Positions 28,991 to 38,869 of a stretch of 64,000 nt of DNA are shown here, in pieces. Position numbers and translations under genes: made by a program. Location of the stretch: assembly GCA_964637365.1 (NCBI GenBank), contig CAZWWH010000001.1, positions 132,269 to 196,268 of the forward strand, given 5' to 3'. Source of the stretch: an uncultured Peptococcaceae bacterium (GTDB taxonomy: Bacteria; Bacillota; Dehalobacteriia; UBA7702). Below the pieces are notes generated by a model. That model was not told where the DNA came from, did no database searches, and saw only the letters and a program-made list of their open reading frames with translations. Positions within the stretch are counted from its first letter, which is position 1. Every line of letters starts with the position of its first letter.

Positions 28991-29272
28991 CTATGGCTTT
29001 CGTTGAATCTTTACCTTGGCCTGATGCTCTGCAGCATATTTTTTTCGCGTGGCTTCGCCGCCTCGAAGGTGACGTTCGGCCTTGTTGATTTCTAATATCT
29101 GGCGCACTTTTTGTGCCGTTGCTTCATTAATCATCGGCAATCGCTCCGTCATATCCTTATGTACCGTTGACTTACTCACACCAAAAATGGCAGCGGTCTG
29201 ACGTACTGTGGCCGAGGATTCCATGATATAGCTGCTGATCTCCAGGACCCGTTTTTCAATATAATCCTGCAT
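28991..29272 (-). CDS. spoIIID: stage III sporulation transcriptional regulator SpoIIID
   Basis: 93 aa; …FGVSKSTVHKDMTERLP…RHLRGGEAT… is near-identical in the HTH core to Bacillus SpoIIID. Confidence 0.9.
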   Translation of the reverse strand: MQDYIEKRVLEISSYIMESSATVRQTAAIFGVSKSTVHKDMTERLPMINEATAQKVRQILEINKAERHLRGGEATRKKYAAEHQAKVKIQRKP

Positions 29273-29500
29273 GGAAAGGCCTCCCGAAAAAGCTCCTTTT
29301 TAACTATATGGCTTCGCCGCCGCTTTATGCAGGGGAGTCCAAACAGGAAAGAATTTTCGAAAGAATCACCATATAAAACATAGGCCTGTTAAGAGAAGTT
29401 CCAAATAGAGCAACCCTCTCCGCACCGCATGTAATAGGGAGAAATTTTGCCTGAAATAAACCTTTCTTAACAGCCTCAAGCTATCTAAATCGTCATCGTA

Positions 29501-29869
29501 TTAAAGTTTTGGTAAAGATTTCGTTGCAACCATATCAATACCGGTGCCGCAAATATTGGGAATTACCACATCGCCCAAAGCAATACCGTGGCCAGCCGCC
29601 ACTGCAATATGATCAATCGCCGCCATACAAGAAAAAATCGTATCTTTGGGCAAAGGAGTTGCCGAACGGATGGGTAGTAGACGGTCATCATCCGTACGAA
29701 CGGTAGTGGTTAAAGTACGAACGGGATTCACACATTCTGTGCGAGCATAGGCTTCCCCCCGTTTACATTCATTCCCGGAAACACGAATGACCTTTCCATC
29801 CTCCATTTCCACTTTAAGACGGCAGCCCACTGGGCAGACGATACAAGTCAAATATTTGATTTCCTTCAT
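29501..29869 (-). CDS. DUF1667-domain protein (third subunit of a GlpA-like oxidoreductase cluster)
   Basis: 122 aa, Cys-rich (CIVCPVGC…CKRGE…C); co-operonic with the two flavoproteins. Confidence 0.6.
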   Translation of the reverse strand: MKEIKYLTCIVCPVGCRLKVEMEDGKVIRVSGNECKRGEAYARTECVNPVRTLTTTVRTDDDRLLPIRSATPLPKDTIFSCMAAIDHIAVAAGHGIALGDVVIPNICGTGIDMVATKSLPKL

Positions 29870-31134
29870 GACTGCATCTCCACTTCTACGGTAATTTCAT
29901 CAGCGTTGATAGAGGAAATTATCCCCTCCTTCAACACCACCGTGGCCATTTCCCCCGGGGTAATAATGCGTTTCTTTTTACGAAACAGCAATTGCTCACC
30001 GCAAGTTACCGTAATATAGGCATTACGACAAACCTGATCAGGACGGAAAAAAAGTTTTATTTCCTCGTGCGTCGTTTCGATCACTTGGGGCACAACATAG
30101 CGCACCCCAGCGCCACGGTTCACTGCCACGGCATGGCCTGTTCTACGCCGCCCCTGCAAATAACGGGCAGCAGCGCGGCCCGCAATTTCCGCCTCTTCAG
30201 ACACGTAGTCGACTACGTCATGAACGTGAAGAACATTACCACAGGAGAAAATTCCCGGAACACTGCTTTCCCGACGAGCATTGACTACAGCGCCATTGGT
30301 AACAGCATCCAACTGTACCCCAGCCTTCTTTGCCAATTCATTTTCAGGGATTAATCCCACCGAAAGCAATAGGGTATCACAAGGAATATACTGGGCAGAG
30401 TCCGGCACGTATTGGCCGTCAGCTCCCACCTCACAAATGGTAACGCCCTCCACTCGCTGTTTGCCATGAACCTGCACCACTGTATGGCTAAGGAGCAAGG
30501 GAATATCAAAATCCTCCAAACATTGTACAATATTGCGTTTCAAGCCACCGCTGTAAGGCAGGTATTCCAAAACCGCTTTGACATGGGCCCCTTCTAAGGT
30601 CATGCGTCGTGCCATAATCAAACCAATATCACCGGAGCCCAAGACAACAACTTCTTTTCCCGGCAGCATGCCCTTGAGGTTCACGAATTTCTGGGCGGCG
30701 CCGGCGGTATAAATTCCCGCCGGACGGCTCCCCACAATATGAAGAGGCCCACGATTCCGTTCCCGGCATCCCATGGCCAAAATCACCGCTTGCGCATAAA
30801 TGCGGCACACTCCCTGAGGCCCCACAGCGGTGACGACACGCTGGGGCGTTAAATCCGTCACTGTAGTATTCAAACGATATTCAATATTCAACTCCCTTAT
30901 CCGCTGTTCATAGCGGGCGGCATATTCAGGACCTGTCAGTTCTTCATTAAATTTATGCAAACCAAACCCATTGTGAATACATTGCTGCAAAATGCCGCCA
31001 AGAGAATCCTCTCGCTCCAAAATTACGATGCGTTCCAGACCTTCCTCCCGGGCAGCGATGGCCGCTGCCATACCGGCAGGGCCGCCACCAATCAACACAA
31101 GGTCGTAATGTTGTTCATGGTCAATTCGCTTCAT
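29866..31134 (-). CDS. NAD(P)/FAD-dependent pyridine-nucleotide-disulfide-type oxidoreductase
   Basis: two Rossmann motifs (LVLIGGGPAGMAAA and VVVLGSGDIGL); AGGAGG RBS before MKRIDHEQ. Confidence 0.7.
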   Translation of the reverse strand: MKRIDHEQHYDLVLIGGGPAGMAAAIAAREEGLERIVILEREDSLGGILQQCIHNGFGLHKFNEELTGPEYAARYEQRIRELNIEYRLNTTVTDLTPQRVVTAVGPQGVCRIYAQAVILAMGCRERNRGPLHIVGSRPAGIYTAGAAQKFVNLKGMLPGKEVVVLGSGDIGLIMARRMTLEGAHVKAVLEYLPYSGGLKRNIVQCLEDFDIPLLLSHTVVQVHGKQRVEGVTICEVGADGQYVPDSAQYIPCDTLLLSVGLIPENELAKKAGVQLDAVTNGAVVNARRESSVPGIFSCGNVLHVHDVVDYVSEEAEIAGRAAARYLQGRRRTGHAVAVNRGAGVRYVVPQVIETTHEEIKLFFRPDQVCRNAYITVTCGEQLLFRKKKRIITPGEMATVVLKEGIISSINADEITVEVEMQS

Positions 31135-31144
31135 TCTCCGCCTC

Positions 31145-32575
31145 CTACTTGGTTCTTCCCCATAGAACCGCAGAATCATACCCCTTCTTAGTCACTTGCT
31201 CCATGGGAATTCCCAATTCACGGCTGAGAATCTCCGTCACCGAGGGTAAGCAGAAGCCCCCTTGACACCTTCCCATCCCGCTGCGGGTGCGCCGTTTGAC
31301 ACCGTCAACAGTAGTAGCGGGAGGATTACGGTGAATGGCATCAATAATTTCCCCTTCACTGATTTCTTCACAGCGACAAACGATTTTACCATAATGGGGA
31401 TCCTTTTCGATCCATTGCTGACGCACATCATCAGGTAAAGTCCGCAGCGCAGGAACACCGTGACGACAGGGATCAAAACTGGATTTTTTTTGCCCTAAAT
31501 AACCGTTTTCCCTTAATAAACCAGTTACATAGGCGGCAATGGCCGGAGAGGAAGCAAGCCCTGGAGACTCGATTCCCGCTACATGAAGAAAACGAGGAGC
31601 AAACTGAGAAAAACCAATGATAAAATCTCCAGTACTCCCCACGGCTCGTAAGCCCGCAAAGGTAGTGATCACCTGTTTCAAGGAAAGGGAAGGTAATGTT
31701 TTTCCTCCATCTACAATCACCTTGGATTGCCCTGTGGTAGTCGTATCGAGATCTTCCTTATCGGTTAAATCCTCGGCATTGGGACCAATCATCAAATTAC
31801 CGTGAGCTGTTGGCGTCACTAAAACGCCCTTTCCCATGGGGGTGGGAGCCTGAAAAACGGTATGGTGGACTCTATATCCCAATTCTTGATCAAATAAGAG
31901 ATATTCCCCACGGCGAGGATGAATGGAAAAAGAACGATCCCCCACCATAGCTCCGATATCATCGGCAAAAATCCCCGCCGCATTGATAATGATGCGAGCT
32001 TCTACCATAGCATCACCGGAAATGATCTGATAATGGTCGCCGCATGGAACAATTTGTTCCACCGGGAAGTCGCATTGCAAAAAGACACCGTTGTCCATGG
32101 CATTTCCCATAGCGGCAACGGTTAGTGAGTAAGGGCATATGATCCCCGCCGAAGGAGCATAAAGAGCGCCTATGGTTTTGGAGGAAATATTTGGTTCCAT
32201 AGCATGGAGCCTGGCAGCATCAATCAACTCCAGATTTGGAACACCATTGAGAACTCCCCGGGCATAGAGATTTCTCAAAGATTCCATATCCCCTTCATGG
32301 AAAGCAACTACAAGGGAACCATTGCGATGATAGGCAACACCCAATTCTTCAGCGACACGGGGCATCCTAGCTGCCCCCTCAACATTCAGGCGCGCCTTTA
32401 AGGTTCCGGGCTTCGCATCGAAACCAGCATGGACGATGCCGCTATTGGCGCCGGAGCTGCCTTTCGCCACATCCTCTTCCTTTTCCAAAACGATGATAGA
32501 ATTTTCGTATCTGGATAACTCTCTGGCAATCATGGAGCCTACAATACCGGCCCCAATGATAGCAAAATCAAACAT
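31145..32575 (-). CDS. FAD-dependent oxidoreductase (anaerobic glycerol-3-phosphate dehydrogenase/L-2-hydroxyglutarate oxidase-like) with C-terminal BFD-like [2Fe-2S] domain
   Basis: FAIIGAGIVGSMIAREL dinucleotide fold; C-terminal CRCEEISEGEI…GMGRCQGGFC. Confidence 0.75.
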   Translation of the reverse strand: MFDFAIIGAGIVGSMIARELSRYENSIIVLEKEEDVAKGSSGANSGIVHAGFDAKPGTLKARLNVEGAARMPRVAEELGVAYHRNGSLVVAFHEGDMESLRNLYARGVLNGVPNLELIDAARLHAMEPNISSKTIGALYAPSAGIICPYSLTVAAMGNAMDNGVFLQCDFPVEQIVPCGDHYQIISGDAMVEARIIINAAGIFADDIGAMVGDRSFSIHPRRGEYLLFDQELGYRVHHTVFQAPTPMGKGVLVTPTAHGNLMIGPNAEDLTDKEDLDTTTTGQSKVIVDGGKTLPSLSLKQVITTFAGLRAVGSTGDFIIGFSQFAPRFLHVAGIESPGLASSPAIAAYVTGLLRENGYLGQKKSSFDPCRHGVPALRTLPDDVRQQWIEKDPHYGKIVCRCEEISEGEIIDAIHRNPPATTVDGVKRRTRSGMGRCQGGFCLPSVTEILSRELGIPMEQVTKKGYDSAVLWGRTK

Positions 32576-32664
32576 GGAGAAAAGTCTCCTTTCGGAAAGC
32601 GATTTGTAATTATGGTATTACAAAATCATCTTGTTTTATACATCACTTTATCAATAAACCGTAA

Positions 32665-33495
32665 TTACTCCACTTTCGCCAAGTCATTACGGACATAGCC
32701 ACTTTCACCATCGTCCAAAACAATGTGATACCAGCCATCGACTTCTTCCAGGTAAATGCCGGAATCTCCCCGATCCAATCGAGTAACCTCATCGGAGTCT
32801 ACAGTGGCTTCGGAACGGATTCTGGCAAAGCTGTTGGTAATCACTACTTTTCGTGTGGGAGCTGAAGATGGATTGGTTCCATTCGCCTCAGAAACCAAAT
32901 CAGAGGAAACATAACCTTTCGTATCATCTGCCATACGTACATGAATCCAACCGTTGCTTTCCCCCAACTGCTCCATGGTATCGCCCTCTAAGGCGAAAGC
33001 CACTATCTCACTATCTTGGGAAGCTTGGGCGCGAACATTCACATAAAGTCCAACGGGGGAAACCAAAGTTGTTTTTTCTTTTTCTTCGGAATCTTTTTGG
33101 GAAGTTTCTTTTTCCTCTGAAGTGTCTTTATCAGAAGATTTTCCACTGTCCTCTGTGACCAATGACATCTTCACCGAAGGCACATAGCCGGAAACACCAT
33201 CCATAACTTCAACATATAGCCAATTAGGCTCATCCTGATGAATGCATGATACCTCTGTATTTTTGGGAAGGCTCATCAGAACTTCTGAGTCCATATCGGC
33301 ACTGGCATGAACATTAACAATATTGTCTCCCGTAGTGACAATTTTTCCGGAAAGGTCCTTAGTGGCTTCATCCCCGAAACCCAACATGGCAGGGAGTCCG
33401 GCAATTCCACCATTCTGATTAATATGTCCCAACAGAAATCCACCAGCCAAACTCGCCACAGAAATGATAAAGACAGTTACTACTTTTTTCCACAC
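32665..33495 (-). CDS. membrane-anchored protein with three bacterial SH3 (SH3_3) domains
   Basis: N-terminal TM, then three repeats of the N..V.VR…..S.V…L..G…..E..GW..V….G..GYV pattern separated by an acidic/Ser-rich linker. Confidence 0.65.
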   Translation of the reverse strand: MWKKVVTVFIISVASLAGGFLLGHINQNGGIAGLPAMLGFGDEATKDLSGKIVTTGDNIVNVHASADMDSEVLMSLPKNTEVSCIHQDEPNWLYVEVMDGVSGYVPSVKMSLVTEDSGKSSDKDTSEEKETSQKDSEEKEKTTLVSPVGLYVNVRAQASQDSEIVAFALEGDTMEQLGESNGWIHVRMADDTKGYVSSDLVSEANGTNPSSAPTRKVVITNSFARIRSEATVDSDEVTRLDRGDSGIYLEEVDGWYHIVLDDGESGYVRNDLAKVE

Positions 33496-33537
33496 GATTT
33501 TAATTCACCTTTCTGAAATATGAAGATAACTTCCATT

Positions 33538-34557
33538 CTATTTTTCTTTATGGACACTCAACACACCGATTTTTACAGCGCCAGCCATAATCAAAGCCGA
33601 GGCAAAGACCAACAGCAAAATGCTGTAAACCGAGGGCAACAGTGTTACCATTACGGCAAAAGCCCCCAGCAGGAAGGTAATGCCGTAGATAAACAAAACT
33701 GTATCCTTATGGCTGAATCCACGGGCCATCAACTGATGATGCAGGTGCCCCTTGTCCGCTTCAAAAATAGGCTTATGATTCATTTTTCTGCGGATGATGG
33801 CAAAAAGCGTATCAAGAATAGGGATCCCCAACACCATGATAGGGATAAAGAAGGAAATAATGGTAGCCCCTTCCGATAATCCCAAGAGGGACAGCGCTCC
33901 CACCACGAAACCAAGGAACAAGGCGCCGCAATCCCCCATAAAAAGCTGGGCAGGATGAAAATTATAGCGCAGGAAGCCCAATATACATCCCACCAGGATA
34001 ATAGCAATACTGCCACTGACGGTAAAACCTTTCGCCAAAGCCACCACAGCCAGAGACAGTGCGGCAATTCCCGAAACCCCGGAGGCCAAACCATCAAGAC
34101 CATCAATGAGATTCACAGCATTGGAAACCCCCACGAGCCATAGAAGCGTAATAGGATAACCCAGCCAACCCATATCGAAAATAACGCCATTAATTGGATT
34201 GGTAATAAATTCTAAACGGACGCCAAACCCCATCAGCACCAATGCCGCAATGATTTGACCCAATAATTTCATTTTGGGAGATATATTTTTAATATCATCG
34301 TAAAGCCCTACGGCAACGACAATCGACGCACTGAGAGCCAAACCCACAATCGTATGGGAAAACTCGCCATAAACCAGAATCCCCGCAATAAAACCGCAGT
34401 AAATGCCAAGGCCACCCAAGCGAGTCATAATACCGGTATGAACTTTACGGGCATCGGGTTCGTCATATACACCAAAATGCATGGCCATTTTTTTTGTCAA
34501 TGGCGTTACCAACAATGATATAACGACTCCGGCCAGGAAAGCAATCAATAATCTCAT
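33538..34557 (-). CDS. tagO: UDP-GlcNAc:undecaprenyl-phosphate GlcNAc-1-phosphate transferase (TagO/WecA, MraY-like GT4 family)
   Basis: polytopic; DD..N (YDDIKN), NAVNLIDGLDGLA and HHQLM motifs of the MraY/WecA family; TGAGGT RBS before MRLL. Confidence 0.8.
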   Translation of the reverse strand: MRLLIAFLAGVVISLLVTPLTKKMAMHFGVYDEPDARKVHTGIMTRLGGLGIYCGFIAGILVYGEFSHTIVGLALSASIVVAVGLYDDIKNISPKMKLLGQIIAALVLMGFGVRLEFITNPINGVIFDMGWLGYPITLLWLVGVSNAVNLIDGLDGLASGVSGIAALSLAVVALAKGFTVSGSIAIILVGCILGFLRYNFHPAQLFMGDCGALFLGFVVGALSLLGLSEGATIISFFIPIMVLGIPILDTLFAIIRRKMNHKPIFEADKGHLHHQLMARGFSHKDTVLFIYGITFLLGAFAVMVTLLPSVYSILLLVFASALIMAGAVKIGVLSVHKEK

Positions 34558-34606
34558 AATAACCTCAATTTGCCAAAACAGAATCACAACTTATTTGCAA
34601 ATTATT

Positions 34607-36142
34607 TTAAGAAGATGCACGTTTTAATTTATGGAGCAAAATCTCTTTCGTATCATTAAATTCCCGCACTTTAAGGATTGCCGCAAAGAGCAAGTAGACA
34701 GTAACGCCCATGATAATACAGCAAAGCACAAGCAGGAACACACTGTTAATGCTGAATACCCCCAGGCACCACTCAGTAAGTTTTACGGCGGCTGCCATCA
34801 ATAATGAGGAAAAGAAGATTTTCCCAAAGGACTGTACCAAGGGGCCGTAATGAAAATGGGGCATATGCTTTTTTAATGCAATAAAGAATACAAGCATATT
34901 TGCAGTTCCGGCCAAAGACGTGGCTAAGGCCAAGCCACCGACACCCATCCATTTCATGGTGAGGAAGCTAATCGCCAGGTTCACAAGAATCCCCGCACCA
35001 CCAGCATAAAGCGGCAGTTTATTATCCTCAAAAGCATAAAAGACTTTTACCATCACCAGTACAACAGCAAAAGGCAGCAGGCCGATAGCATACCACAACA
35101 AGGCAGATGAGGTCATCGCAGTAGCCGTAGCATCAAAGGCACCTCGTTGAAACAACAACGTAATAATGGGTTGGCGTAAAACCATTAAACCAACCGCCGA
35201 AGGAATTCCTAAGAACATGACCAGACCAACGCCTTTATGGATGACGCGATCCAGTCGTTCTTCTTCCCCCTTCATGGCGTATTCCGTCAGATAAGGATAA
35301 ATAGCCACCGCCATGGCAGCTACAAAAATGCCGCCGGGCAGGTTCACGACTTTGCTGGCATAGTTCAGGGCTGAAATACTGCCCTCTGCCAAGCCGGAAG
35401 CAAAAATTCGATTGATAATATAATAAATTTGATTGACCGACGTTCCCAGCACAATAGGAACCAAAGAAACCATCGCCGCCCGAACATCAGGATGATGCCA
35501 TGATAATTTCGCCTGGTAACGAAAGCCTGTTTGGGCCACACTGGGGAGGTGAATCAACATAAAGCCGACAAATCCCAATAAGGTACCAATGGCCAAGCCT
35601 TGAATCCGTGAAACCAAGCACACAGAAATGATAATAATTGCACTGCATAGCGCAGGAGCCGAAGCACTTACCAGAAAACGGTGATTGGCGTTGAGATATC
35701 CTGACAGGACCATGCCGATGCTCATAAACAGAATAGCAGGGAACATGATGCGGGTCAGCTGTACTGCCAAGGCCGCAGTTTCCCCATCAAATAACGGTGC
35801 TGTGATTTTCACCAAAATTGGCGCAAAGGCAATGCCAAGGATCGTGACGATTAGCATGACCAAGGCAACCAGGTTCAAAAAGTAATTTCCTACCAAAAAG
35901 GCTTCTTTTTTATTTTCTTCCAACAAATATTTGGTTAGCAATGGTACTGTTACTGTTACCAAGGCCGAACCCAATACTGCCTGTAAAGAATAGGGTAACG
36001 TATAGGCGACGAGATACGCGTCGGTATACATTGTTGCGCCAAAAGCGCCGGCAATGGCCATCTCCCGGACAAAGCCCAGAAGTTTTGCCACAAAATTCAT
36101 CACAACGATGACTGCCGCCGCCTTTGTAATATTGTTTGCCAT
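34607..36142 (-). CDS. murJ: lipid II / polysaccharide flippase MurJ (MOP superfamily)
   Basis: 511 aa, 14 TM; N-terminal …KLLGFVREMAIAGAFGATMYTDAYLVAYTLP… typical of MurJ/MviN. Confidence 0.8.
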   Translation of the reverse strand: MANNITKAAAVIVVMNFVAKLLGFVREMAIAGAFGATMYTDAYLVAYTLPYSLQAVLGSALVTVTVPLLTKYLLEENKKEAFLVGNYFLNLVALVMLIVTILGIAFAPILVKITAPLFDGETAALAVQLTRIMFPAILFMSIGMVLSGYLNANHRFLVSASAPALCSAIIIISVCLVSRIQGLAIGTLLGFVGFMLIHLPSVAQTGFRYQAKLSWHHPDVRAAMVSLVPIVLGTSVNQIYYIINRIFASGLAEGSISALNYASKVVNLPGGIFVAAMAVAIYPYLTEYAMKGEEERLDRVIHKGVGLVMFLGIPSAVGLMVLRQPIITLLFQRGAFDATATAMTSSALLWYAIGLLPFAVVLVMVKVFYAFEDNKLPLYAGGAGILVNLAISFLTMKWMGVGGLALATSLAGTANMLVFFIALKKHMPHFHYGPLVQSFGKIFFSSLLMAAAVKLTEWCLGVFSINSVFLLVLCCIIMGVTVYLLFAAILKVREFNDTKEILLHKLKRASS

Positions 36143-36156
36143 GGTTCTCCTTTTAA

Positions 36157-37932
36157 TTACGCCTCTTCGGAAGAAAGTTCTTTCTCAGTAGTTTCCTCTA
36201 CGTCAGCTTCCATGGAAAAGATGGAGACCTCCATCTCATCGTCATCCTGTTCCGAAAAGAGATTTGCAGCGTCGACTGAAACGTCGACCGAATTTTCTGT
36301 TCCTGTCGCAGCTCTCGCTGCTTTGCGTTCTTCCAGCAGGGCCATTTTTTCTGCCCGGGTCCGTTTCACATGATCGGATTTACGAATCACCCGCTGGACA
36401 ATGACATCCAATAAAAAATTAATTTGATTGGCTTCTTCACAAAGATTGGGAAGATTTGCCTCCAATGCGGCAACCACTGCGTCAGTATCCCCTACCAGCT
36501 TGCGATAATTGGCAAAGAAGGCGTCACTGTCATACTGTTCCGAATTCCCACAAAGAGGCACACCCACATTGTGACAAAAACTGCTTATCCCCTCTTCACC
36601 GCTGATTGCGGCAAAGGGTTTATATCTCAACGCCGCCATGGTCAAAACAGGCAAATTCATACCGATCACAAGATCTGCGGCGGAAATAATATCCATCAAT
36701 TCCTGAGGCAACAAGGAATCTCCAATATCAAAAATTTCCGCAAATTCTGTCATCTGAGACAGAACGTCTTTGGATATTTTTAAATCACGCTCATATTGGA
36801 AAGGCACAAAAACAACTGTATAACCAAAACGAACGGAATCATCAGCCAAGGACACCAAATCTCCCACGGGTATATGTTCCGATTCGGAAAGGAAGAACAC
36901 GGCCAATTTGGAATCCTCCAAAGCCCACTGCCAAGGAGTCTCATTTAAAAGACGGTGTGAACAAGAAATTTCATTCTGTAAGGAGAGGTCTTCTTTTTGA
37001 ACCGTTTCCTCATCATCAGCCGCTGTCTGGACTACGGTCTCCTCAGTAGACTCATGTTCCGGCTCAGTAATGATAATTTCAATTTCCATGGGAGTATCAA
37101 CGGTGAAACGAGCATCAGCTGCGACTAAAGGTTCTTCATCTTTCGGCAAAAGGCCTTCGGGAACCACTGTAGCAAACTGCTCCATGGGAATATCTATATC
37201 GTCAAGGCCATCAGCGTCAGATTCTTTCTTTGCTTCTTTTTCCAAGGAAGCAAAAGCTTCCGGATCCATCACCACAATTTGCAGTTCCATATCATCATTT
37301 TGATTCACTTCCACAGCAGAATCTGCCGAAGCAGACACTTCCTCCTCTTCTTTCTTCAAGGATTCTTGTTGGATCTTTTCTGACATCGCGACATATTTAT
37401 CCAAATCCCAGCAATGACTGATGGAGGTAAGATTTAGCAACGGGTCCGCAGTGATACTGATACGTCCACGGCGCATTCCCCAATCGCGTAGGCACTCTGC
37501 GGAGTCCTTATCCCGCACTGTGACGCGGGAAACCTTACGCAAGGCATTCACGATCAATTTGCGGCCCAAACCACTTTCCAGGCTACGGAATCCTTGGCCA
37601 TAAACAAATACAGGCTTTTTACGGCGTACGGCCATGCGGATCACTCTGGTATATTCGTAGTAAGAACGAAAATCTGTTTTTTCCCGCATTAAGCTGCTGT
37701 CACCGCAAATCACGATATCTGATTCAAGAATCCCCTTGTGAAGCTGGGACCACCGGCTACGGTCATAGGCAATGACTCCATAAGCAGCTGCGGTTTCCTC
37801 TGGATCGTCAGAAAAAACAACGATTTCTACATCTTCAATATGATTCCGCAGTGACTCTATTAATGAAAGTAAAGTCAACTCGTCGGCGGCAATTCCGCAA
37901 CCATAATACCCGGAAATACAAACTTTTATCAT
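36157..37932 (-). CDS. polysaccharide pyruvyl transferase (CsaB-like) with an internal ~120-aa highly acidic insertion and acidic C-terminal tail
   Basis: N-terminal pyruvyl-transferase fold (ISGYYGCGI…DIVICGDSS…VFVYGQG) interrupted by an E/D-rich low-complexity region (EEEEVSASADSAVEVNQNDDME…EEPLVAADARFT…); fold resumes afterwards; tail DDDEMEVSIFSMEADVEETTEKELSSEEA. Confidence 0.6.
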   Translation of the reverse strand: MIKVCISGYYGCGIAADELTLLSLIESLRNHIEDVEIVVFSDDPEETAAAYGVIAYDRSRWSQLHKGILESDIVICGDSSLMREKTDFRSYYEYTRVIRMAVRRKKPVFVYGQGFRSLESGLGRKLIVNALRKVSRVTVRDKDSAECLRDWGMRRGRISITADPLLNLTSISHCWDLDKYVAMSEKIQQESLKKEEEEVSASADSAVEVNQNDDMELQIVVMDPEAFASLEKEAKKESDADGLDDIDIPMEQFATVVPEGLLPKDEEPLVAADARFTVDTPMEIEIIITEPEHESTEETVVQTAADDEETVQKEDLSLQNEISCSHRLLNETPWQWALEDSKLAVFFLSESEHIPVGDLVSLADDSVRFGYTVVFVPFQYERDLKISKDVLSQMTEFAEIFDIGDSLLPQELMDIISAADLVIGMNLPVLTMAALRYKPFAAISGEEGISSFCHNVGVPLCGNSEQYDSDAFFANYRKLVGDTDAVVAALEANLPNLCEEANQINFLLDVIVQRVIRKSDHVKRTRAEKMALLEERKAARAATGTENSVDVSVDAANLFSEQDDDEMEVSIFSMEADVEETTEKELSSEEA

Positions 37933-38100
37933 GGTTTCATCCCTTCCCAACCCGATCCTTGGTCATAGAACCTTTCTAATATTCATCGGATCTGTGGTTT
38001 TATACATATAAAACTAACCTATATTATAATAAAAAAAAGACAATTCATCAAGTTTTTTCACAATAAAAGTGGAAAAGCGACACAGAAAGATGCCGCAAAC

Positions 38101-38135
38101 CAAAAAGAGCAGGGGAGGTTTGCCCCCATGCTCTT
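38101..38135 (-). terminator. rho-independent terminator after tagA
   Basis: AGAGCAtGGGGG…CCCCTGCTCT hairpin followed by TTTTT on the minus strand. Confidence 0.6.
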
Positions 38136-38142
38136 TATATAA

Positions 38143-38868
38143 TCATTTACAATCCTTCTTGACTAAGGACATAAACTTGGGTAACGCCATGGTGCGTTTC
38201 AAACGCTTTGGATCGGCGCAAAGGCGGTAAAACCATTCCAGACCGGTTTTCTGAAAAAACCTCGGCGCTCGTTTCACATTACCGGAAAGCACATCCAAGC
38301 TGCCGCCAACGCCAATTGCTACATGAATATTTGCAGCGTCATGGTACTGCGTAATCCATTGATCCTGACGGGGGAATCCCATGGCCACGAAGAGGATATC
38401 TGTTTGAGCCGCAGCAATTTCCCGAGCGATGGCGGGACTTTCTTCCTCCTTAAAGTAACCGTCACGATAACCGACAATTTCCGCTTGAGGATAATCCCGG
38501 CGAATATTGGCCACAGCAGCCTCCACCACTTCAGGATGGGCTCCCAAGAAATAAAAACGATGTTTTCCTTGGGACAACAAATTTTGTACCAGGTCAATGC
38601 CGGAGACGCGCTCTCTCAGGGGTGTACCATACCGTTCCGCCGCCCAGAGAATCCCCGAGCCATCGGCAGTAATATAATCCGCAGTCTCTACAATAGAGCG
38701 AATTTCACTGTTAGTAGCTGCAGCATAGGCAATTTCCGCATTCATGGTCACGATGCGGGAAAAGCCTCCTTCATCTACCACACGATCAATATAGGCCAAG
38801 GTTTCTTCCATAGATGCATCCACCACAGGAAGTCCCAGGACATGAATTTCTTTTCCTTTTGTCGCCAT
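38143..38868 (-). CDS. tagA: WecB/TagA/CpsF-family glycosyltransferase (UDP-ManNAc transferase, TagA-like)
   Basis: 241 aa; …ITADGSGI…FFLGA…FVAMGFPRQ(D/E)…WFYRL… family signature. Confidence 0.8.
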   Translation of the reverse strand: MATKGKEIHVLGLPVVDASMEETLAYIDRVVDEGGFSRIVTMNAEIAYAAATNSEIRSIVETADYITADGSGILWAAERYGTPLRERVSGIDLVQNLLSQGKHRFYFLGAHPEVVEAAVANIRRDYPQAEIVGYRDGYFKEEESPAIAREIAAAQTDILFVAMGFPRQDQWITQYHDAANIHVAIGVGGSLDVLSGNVKRAPRFFQKTGLEWFYRLCADPKRLKRTMALPKFMSLVKKDCK

Positions 38869-38869
38869 T

